Shown here: in pieces, positions 57,550 to 64,000 of the stretch
How positions within the stretch are numbered: the first letter of the stretch is position 1
Layout of the letters: the number at the start of each line of letters is the position of its first letter
Assembly (NCBI GenBank): GCA_963665845.2
Contig: OY762492.1
Location: forward strand, 3,744,001-3,808,000
Source: Candidatus Poribacteria bacterium
GTDB taxonomy: Bacteria; Poribacteria; WGA-4E; GCA-2687025
Direction of reading: 5' to 3'
Length of the DNA: 64,000 nucleotides
Notes under the pieces: generated by a model
The model's database searches: none
The model's input: the letters and a program-made list of their open reading frames with translations, nothing else
What the model was told of the DNA's origin: nothing
Position numbers and translations under genes: made by a program

Positions 57550-58416
57550 CTAAGCCGCCTCGGCGACGATGCCGGCGGCGCGCAGCTCCTGATAAAAAAG
57601 GGTCTCGATCGGCGCCTCAATGCGGAGCCTGGCGTACCGTATCCGTTTTCGGGCGCATTCCGCCTCTATGCGCGACAGATGCGCTTGAAAGCGGGCGTCG
57701 TAGGCGCGGCTTTTTTCAGCATTCCAAGCGACGCTGCGGCTTTCGCCCGTCTCGATGTCGGTCACTGAAGCTTCCGCCGGCGGCTCCGGGGATTCCGTCA
57801 AGCGCGACACCAAATGCGCCGCGGAGCCGCGCCCCGCCATCGTTTTGAGTCCCTCGGCGCATTCTTCAGCGTCCAGCAGCATATCGGACAGAAGAATGAT
57901 CGTCCCAAAAGCGTTGACGCTCCGGGCGCGCATCCATCGGGCGAAGTTCGCCTCCGGCGCCGGCTCCAGCCGCTCTAGATAACGCTCCAAACGCGCCAGC
58001 CCCGCCCGTCCGCGCGCGTATAAAACAGGTTTGCGAGACCCTACCGCGGCGACCGCGGCGGAGTCCCCGCGCCGCAGCGCAAGAAACGCCAGCGCATACG
58101 CCATGCGCTTCGCTGTCTCAAACGGAGACGGATCGCCCGCTGTCATCGAGAGGCTGGCGTCGATGAGCAGCAGAGCCGTCATCGCCGACTCGGCTTGCGC
58201 GCGCTTCACGAGAACGCGGTCAGTACGGGCGGCGGCGCGCCAGTCGACCCTGCGCAGGTCGTCTCCCGGCGAATAAGGGCGGCGGTCTTCATACTCCATG
58301 CCCCTGCCGACGCCTTTTGCCGCCCAGTCGCCTTGAACGCGGGAGCGGAACGGAGCGGACGCCGTAAGGCGAAGCGCTTTCAGCCGCTCTAAAGGGAGAG
58401 AGCGCAGGGCGTTCAT
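57550..58416 (-). CDS. DUF58 domain protein
   Basis: EYEDRRPYSPGDDLRRVDW, LIDASLSM, LLSD. Confidence 0.88.
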   Translation of the reverse strand: MNALRSLPLERLKALRLTASAPFRSRVQGDWAAKGVGRGMEYEDRRPYSPGDDLRRVDWRAAARTDRVLVKRAQAESAMTALLLIDASLSMTAGDPSPFETAKRMAYALAFLALRRGDSAAVAAVGSRKPVLYARGRAGLARLERYLERLEPAPEANFARWMRARSVNAFGTIILLSDMLLDAEECAEGLKTMAGRGSAAHLVSRLTESPEPPAEASVTDIETGESRSVAWNAEKSRAYDARFQAHLSRIEAECARKRIRYARLRIEAPIETLFYQELRAAGIVAEAA

Positions 58417-59816
58417 GCGCCGCCTTTGCCGTTTGCCTCGCGCTCCTCGCACAGCTGTTCGTAGGCGTCCGACACGGCGCGCATATCGACCAGATCCGGT
58501 TCTTGGCGCATGACCGCCTCAATCTCTTCAGCCGTTCGGCGCCGGGCGGGCCAATTCTCTTCAGACGCGGCGCGCAGAATGACACGCGCCGCCAGCGCGC
58601 TTGCCGCCCAGAGATGGCGCAGCTCCAGCTTGTCGACCGTGTCGTACGACGTATGCCCCCATCCGCGCCCTGTGAAACGCCCGCGCGGATTGCCGACATA
58701 GGCGGTCGGGACGCCGCGCAAAAAATACGGGTAATGGTCGCTGAACGCATGCGTCTTCTGACCGAAGGGGGCGTCCCCCATCTGCTTTTCGTACGCTTCA
58801 AACAGCGGCTCCAGCTCCTTCAGCTGATTCAGGATAACGCCCTTGCCGCCGGAGCCGCCCGCCGCGTCGCAGTTCAACAAAAAACGGACATTGTCCAACT
58901 CATCCGCGCTCGCTTCGGCATGGCGGTAGGCGCCGGTGAGGCCGATCTCCTCGCAGCTCCAGAAGATGAAGCGCGCTGTTCGGCGCAGCTTGCCCTTCGC
59001 ATGCTTGGCGAGAACGCGCGCCGCTTCCAACACGGAGACGACGCCGGACGCCGGGTCCATCGCCCCCTGCGCGATGTCATGCCCGTCATGATGCGATCCG
59101 ATCATGACGATCTCGTCCGTGTCGCCGGGAATCTCCCCGACGATGTTCCATGACTCCGAGGGGTAGGTTGCGCAGTCCGCCTTTAAATGCGCCGTCAACG
59201 GGCCGAGGCGCGCTTCCTGACGGCGCAGAAACTCCGCGTCCTCATGTCCGATGGAGAAGCCTGGGATCAGCCCTTCGCGGTCGTCGCCGAGGCTGCCTGT
59301 TTCGGGTCCGCGCCCTTCATACATTCCGATGAACACAAAGCCGACCGCGCCGGCAAGCGCGGAGCGTTCATACATCTCGGTGCGATGCACGACGCGGTTG
59401 ACGTCGGAGGGCGGCGCGCTGGATACCGCGGCGATTCCGCCCTTGAGACGTTCCGCCGCGCGTTCAAAGGAGGCGGGACCGCCGTCCGGCAACAGAACCA
59501 GCGGCGCCGTCAGGTCGGTCGGGGGACAGTACGGCAGCGCGATGCATGGAATCTCTTTTTGAAACGGCGCCTCGATATGGAGAGACGCGGGGGCGCGGCG
59601 CCATGCGTTGTATTGAAACGGCTCTAAGCGCGCGTTTTCTAAGCCGTACGATTCCAGTTTGCCGCGCAGAAAATCGGCGGCGGCGCGCTCGTCCGGCGTC
59701 CCGGGCGTCCGCGAGCCGAACTCGTCGCACAGCATGATCAGATTGTCCATCGGCTCGGTCGTCGTGTAGATGTCGCCGAGCATGGCGCGGTCCAGTTCAA
59801 GATAAGGGTTGTTCAT
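58413..59816 (-). CDS. M28 family peptidase with PA domain
   Basis: GSHHDGH, GAMDPASG, EEIGLTGA, SDHYPY, HTSYDT. Confidence 0.88.
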   Translation of the reverse strand: MNNPYLELDRAMLGDIYTTTEPMDNLIMLCDEFGSRTPGTPDERAAADFLRGKLESYGLENARLEPFQYNAWRRAPASLHIEAPFQKEIPCIALPYCPPTDLTAPLVLLPDGGPASFERAAERLKGGIAAVSSAPPSDVNRVVHRTEMYERSALAGAVGFVFIGMYEGRGPETGSLGDDREGLIPGFSIGHEDAEFLRRQEARLGPLTAHLKADCATYPSESWNIVGEIPGDTDEIVMIGSHHDGHDIAQGAMDPASGVVSVLEAARVLAKHAKGKLRRTARFIFWSCEEIGLTGAYRHAEASADELDNVRFLLNCDAAGGSGGKGVILNQLKELEPLFEAYEKQMGDAPFGQKTHAFSDHYPYFLRGVPTAYVGNPRGRFTGRGWGHTSYDTVDKLELRHLWAASALAARVILRAASEENWPARRRTAEEIEAVMRQEPDLVDMRAVSDAYEQLCEEREANGKGGA

Positions 59817-60835
59817 GAGACTCCTGTCAATTCTCGGCGCGCGATATGAGCGGCTTTGACCATCGCGTTCAGTTTTTGGACGGCAGCCCAGCGCGCCGTT
59901 TGTGAAAATCCGCAGTCGGGCGTGACGGTCAGTTTTTCAGGCGGGACATACTCTAGCGCATGGCGTATCCGCTGCGCGATCAGATCAACCGGCTCGATCC
60001 ATAGGTTTTTGACATCCACAACGCCGACAGCAACCTCCTTCTCCTGCGCGATGTCGCCCAGAAGCTCCATTTCGGCAAACTCGCGCGACGCGAACTCCAG
60101 CGCAAACTGGTCGGCGCGCATCTCCATCGCCTTCGGAAAAAGCGGGCTGTAACGCCGATTACCAACCGCCCGCGCCCGATAATTCCCAAAGCAGAGGTGG
60201 GTCCCGATTTTGGCGTTCAGCCCCTCCACGGTTCGATTGAAGATCGACACATACTGATCAATGCGGTCGGGATAGACGCTGAAAGACGGCTCGTCGATCT
60301 GCAGAAAGTCGGCGCCCGCCTCAATCAGCCTTTCGCATTCGCGGCGCACAATCGGTATCAGGGCTTCCGTCACGGCGAGGCGGTCTGGGTAACATTCATT
60401 CGGTTCAATGCGCCCCGACAAGGTGAAGGGACCTGGGACGCACGCTTTCAGGTCGGCGCGGGCGATCTGTTTCAGGTAAAGAAAATCCTCGACGGCGCCC
60501 AGCCCGTTCGGCGCCTTCAGCTCGCCTTTGAGGCGGTATTTGCCGCGCTGGTCATGGGCGGGAACGCCGAGGCGCCGGCGCAGCGGCAACGGCTCTAGAT
60601 TTTCAAAACGGGAATAAAAGCCGAGGTTGAAGTCGAGACGGCTCATTTCGCCGTCCGTGATACGGTCAACGCCGGCGCGCTGCTGGTCTTCGACGGCGGC
60701 GGTGACGGCGTCCTGTATCAGCTCGCGCCGGTCGTCCTCGCCCAGTTCGCCGCGCTGCGCCGCCGCGTCCGCCAGAAAAACCCAGCCGGGCGTCGCATGG
60801 CTTCCGATCACCGAGGTTTCAATCAAGCGAGTCAT
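59813..60835 (-). CDS. cobalamin-independent methionine synthase, single-domain (MetE C-terminal-like)
   Basis: ITDGEMSR, QIDEP, HLCFGN, PDCG. Confidence 0.88.
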   Translation of the reverse strand: MTRLIETSVIGSHATPGWVFLADAAAQRGELGEDDRRELIQDAVTAAVEDQQRAGVDRITDGEMSRLDFNLGFYSRFENLEPLPLRRRLGVPAHDQRGKYRLKGELKAPNGLGAVEDFLYLKQIARADLKACVPGPFTLSGRIEPNECYPDRLAVTEALIPIVRRECERLIEAGADFLQIDEPSFSVYPDRIDQYVSIFNRTVEGLNAKIGTHLCFGNYRARAVGNRRYSPLFPKAMEMRADQFALEFASREFAEMELLGDIAQEKEVAVGVVDVKNLWIEPVDLIAQRIRHALEYVPPEKLTVTPDCGFSQTARWAAVQKLNAMVKAAHIARRELTGVS

Positions 60836-61635
60836 GCGTTTTCCGCCCTTATTTGACCCTCCGAGACGCTCCATCCGCCGTCCACTTTCAAGGTGGCGCC
60901 CGTCAAAAACTTCGACTCGTCCGACGCGAGATACAGCGCCGCCTGCGCGCAGTCTTCGGGCGTTCCGAGCGCCTTTGTCAGCGGCTGTTTCGTTTTAATA
61001 TAGGACAGTATCGCCTCGTTCGACTGCGCCCGCTCGCTCATCGGCGTCGCAATGAGAGCCGGCGCGATCACATTGACGCGAATGCCCATCGGCGCGTAAT
61101 ACGCCGCCATCGACCGGCTCAACGCGATGACAGCGCCTTTGCTCGCGGCGTATGCATGCGTCCCAAAAAGAACGGGAGAAGGCGACTCCGCCAAAACGGA
61201 GCTGGTGTTGATGACGCTTCCGCCGCCGCTTTTCAACATGGAACGCGCCGCCGCCCTGCACATTAAAAACATCCCGCGCGCGTTCATGCGGAGCGTCTGA
61301 TCCCACCCGTCTTCAGTGCATTCATGAATCGGTCCGTCGCCGTATCGGCGTCCGCTTCCGCCTGCGGTGGTGAAGACGATGTCGGGCGGTCCGTGCGTTT
61401 GCTCGGTTTGGCTGAAGAGCCTGTCCACCTGCCGCGCGTCCGAGACGTCGGTCTGGATATAAACCGCCTTTCCGCCGTTCGATGCGATTTGGCTCGCGGT
61501 CGATTCTCCTGTTTCGCGCGTGCGGCTTGCGACAACGACCGCGGCGCCTTCTTGGGCGAAGAGCAGCGCCGCCGCCCTGCCGATGCCGGTTCCGCCGCCC
61601 GCAATCACCGCCGATTTGCCCTGTAAGCGCCCCAT
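60832..61635 (-). CDS. SDR family oxidoreductase
   Basis: GGGTGIG, YAASK, IRVNVIAP, VDGG. Confidence 0.93.
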   Translation of the reverse strand: MGRLQGKSAVIAGGGTGIGRAAALLFAQEGAAVVVASRTRETGESTASQIASNGGKAVYIQTDVSDARQVDRLFSQTEQTHGPPDIVFTTAGGSGRRYGDGPIHECTEDGWDQTLRMNARGMFLMCRAAARSMLKSGGGSVINTSSVLAESPSPVLFGTHAYAASKGAVIALSRSMAAYYAPMGIRVNVIAPALIATPMSERAQSNEAILSYIKTKQPLTKALGTPEDCAQAALYLASDESKFLTGATLKVDGGWSVSEGQIRAENA

Positions 61636-61645
61636 CTCAAAACGC

Positions 61646-62407
61646 CTATCGGTAGAGCGCGCCGACGCGCCGCCGGTAATCGTCATACGATTCTTCAAAC
61701 ATCTCCGCCGCCCGCTCCTTGCCGACATGGACAGGGCTGGTCAGCACCTTCGGCGGCTGACCCGCGCGCGTCAAACGTTCCGCCACCTCCGCCTTCAAAG
61801 CGTTCGCAATGAAACATGCGGAGACGCTTGAAACGGGGCTGACCGGCGTCTCAAGCCCATTGATCCAGACGACCGCGTCGCCCGGCGGAACGCCGTTGTC
61901 GATGACGATGTCGCACAGATCGGCGAGCGTTCGGTTCGGGTTGGCGCGGTTGCTTTCCAGCGAGGTGACGGCGATCGTTGTCATTCCGATTTCGTTGGCG
62001 CCTTCCGCCATCTCGATCGGCACAAGGTTCGATCCGCCGTTTGAAAACACGACCATGGCGTCCTCTTCGGACAGGACGAAATTGCGCAGGATGCGTTTTG
62101 CCAGCCCCGGCGCGTTTTCCAGCGCCATCGCCTGCCGCTGCCCGTTGGCGCCGACCACCTGCGTATGAAAGGTCAACGACAGCTCCACGATCGGATGAAA
62201 GCCGGGAAAGCTGCCGTATCGCGGATAAATCTCCTCAACAGGAATGCGCGAATGCCCCGACCCGAACAGATGAACGAGCCGCCCTTTTAAGATGGCGGAC
62301 GCGCACACATCCGCCGCCTGCTGTATGCGCTCCGCCTCGCTCTCGGCGACGCGGTTGATCAGCTCAAGCGTTGAGCGAAGATACTGCTGCATGGGCGAGT
62401 TGGACAT
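61646..62407 (-). CDS. SIS-domain sugar isomerase
   Basis: HLFGSGHS, IDNGVPPGDA. Confidence 0.85.
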   Translation of the reverse strand: MSNSPMQQYLRSTLELINRVAESEAERIQQAADVCASAILKGRLVHLFGSGHSRIPVEEIYPRYGSFPGFHPIVELSLTFHTQVVGANGQRQAMALENAPGLAKRILRNFVLSEEDAMVVFSNGGSNLVPIEMAEGANEIGMTTIAVTSLESNRANPNRTLADLCDIVIDNGVPPGDAVVWINGLETPVSPVSSVSACFIANALKAEVAERLTRAGQPPKVLTSPVHVGKERAAEMFEESYDDYRRRVGALYR

Positions 62408-62480
62408 GCGCCTCGGTTCGATTCCTGCTGAAGTTGATCGAAACCTTACCACACGCGGCGGCGCTTCGCAACGCTTTCAC

Positions 62481-62647
62481 CCGACCTCATGTATAAAGTC
62501 GGGACATCTGAACGAATGATCGCTCTATTCATGGGAAAAGGCTCCGCCAACCAAATCGTCATTCCCGCGCAAGCGGGAATCCAGAGGCGCCGCAGACGAC
62601 GTCCGCATTCACCATCGGAGTTGTCCTACTCTAAGGGGATAAGCTCA
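62481..62647 (+). mobile_element. MITE copy
   Basis: ccgacctcatgtataaagtcgggacatctgaacgaatgatcgctctattcatgggaaaagg...gtcattcccgcgcaagcgggaatcc. Confidence 0.78.
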
Positions 62648-64000
62648 AGTTACCGCGCGTTGTCTCCGTCCCGTTCAGCTCCTTCTGCAAACTCTCCCGC
62701 TTTCGTCGCGCCTGTTCATACGCTTCCCATGCGTCTGGAGCCGCCTGCTTCAACGTATTCAGCGCATCTTCCTCCGGCGCCGCAACCCGCCCTCTCATTT
62801 CCCTGCTGGGATAATCCGTCCCCCGGCCATTTGCCTCCCACTTTTCGAGCGCCGCTTCCTTGAGCTCTTCCATCGTCTGCATCCGACCGTAATCATACTT
62901 CGCCTGTTCATACGCTTTCAATTTTTCGGGGTCCGCCTCCTTCAGCGCTTCTTCCGCCTGCTCTGCAAACCGTTCCCTCATTTTCTCGCTGGGATAATCC
63001 ATCTCCTGCGTCCGATGATAGGCCGTTACTGTCTTCAGCGTATCCTCAGCCCTTTCCATTTCCAATCTCTTGCGCCATGCCAGGTAAAAAACATCCCACT
63101 CTTCTGGAGCCACTTTCATCAACGCTTCCATCATCCGTTTCCTAGTGGAATCGGTAACGTAATAGTAACCAGACGCCGCCCTGTCATATTCCTTCCACTC
63201 TTCGGGCGCCGCTTTCTTTAAAGCCTTTTCCGCCCGCGCCATTACCAACATCTGTTCACGCGCTTTCCATTCCTCAGGGGCTGTTGTCTTCAGCTCTTCC
63301 TCCGCCATCTTCAGCTTTTCCTCTGATGTCTTCAGCTCTTCCTCCGCCCTGTGACACAGCGCCTTCCTCAGCGTCTTCAGCTCTTCCTCCGCCCTTTGAT
63401 ACTGCGCTTTTCGTTCTTCCTGCGCCCTGCGGTACAGCGCCTTCTCCACCGCTTTCTGCGCTTCCGCTGCCGCCGGCTCTATGGCGCTCCATGCTTCATG
63501 CGCTTTATCGTACGCAGTCAGCTCCTCCGCCTGCGCCGCCGCATTCGTTGCCGCCCGCTCCAACGCTTTCCATGTCCGACTCGTCTTTTGGACTTCCTCA
63601 TGCGCCGCTTTTGCCTTCCATGCCTTTATTCTCGCCTCTTTCTGCGCTTCCGCCCTCTCCGCTTCCGACGGCTGCTCCAGATGACCCATCTCCGCATGAC
63701 GCCTATACGTTTCCTTTTCTGCCTCAATCCACTTCTCATTATCCTTGCGCGCCTTCACTGCCTCCTCCATTGCCCTTGACGCCGCTTGCACGTCCGACTC
63801 CCATGCCGCCGCCGTTTCAGAGGCCGCCTTTTGCGCTTCTTGCGCTGCCTTTAGCGTCGCCGCGACCGCATTTCTTTTTTCCTCTCCCAGCCCTTCAGAC
63901 CGCTTTGCCGCCTGATAAGACCCTTCCAGCGCCGGATGCCAGCCATGCTCATCCGCGGCTTCGAGGATGTTTTCCAACGTTTCTCTGGCTTCTTGCGCCG
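62631..64000 (-). CDS. alpha-helical repeat-rich hypothetical protein (5' end beyond window)
   Basis: Open frame to the window edge; repeats of (A)EEALKxAAPEEWKAY. Confidence 0.7.
   Translation of the reverse strand, partial: AQEARETLENILEAADEHGWHPALEGSYQAAKRSEGLGEEKRNAVAATLKAAQEAQKAASETAAAWESDVQAASRAMEEAVKARKDNEKWIEAEKETYRRHAEMGHLEQPSEAERAEAQKEARIKAWKAKAAHEEVQKTSRTWKALERAATNAAAQAEELTAYDKAHEAWSAIEPAAAEAQKAVEKALYRRAQEERKAQYQRAEEELKTLRKALCHRAEEELKTSEEKLKMAEEELKTTAPEEWKAREQMLVMARAEKALKKAAPEEWKEYDRAASGYYYVTDSTRKRMMEALMKVAPEEWDVFYLAWRKRLEMERAEDTLKTVTAYHRTQEMDYPSEKMRERFAEQAEEALKEADPEKLKAYEQAKYDYGRMQTMEELKEAALEKWEANGRGTDYPSREMRGRVAAPEEDALNTLKQAAPDAWEAYEQARRKRESLQKELNGTETTRGNLSLSP

Overview
GC-rich chromosomal window from a diderm bacterium (TonB-dependent receptor, murA, ddl). 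It has about 55 CDS, and I found no rRNA, tRNA or CRISPR array. A secreted LamG-like protein with the C-terminal tail LSVEPHGKQALQWASLKAR, plus GH50, PL10-like, sulfatase and anSME genes, suggests a Poribacteria-like polysaccharide degrader (inference). Notable features: (i) six DNA methyltransferase/R-M genes; (ii) an AT-richer, co-oriented defence-like cassette of an MTase-HNH fusion, a 3-TM protein and a ThsB-like TIR protein, with no canonical ThsA, which is the best candidate for an undescribed system; (iii) three tandem paralogues of an uncharacterised membrane-anchored protein with variable C-termini; (iv) many REP palindromes and a ~170-190 bp MITE, with copies lying in frame inside genes (an AlgX-like signal peptide and an esterase linker). 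All calls come from motif recognition by eye; no searches were run.
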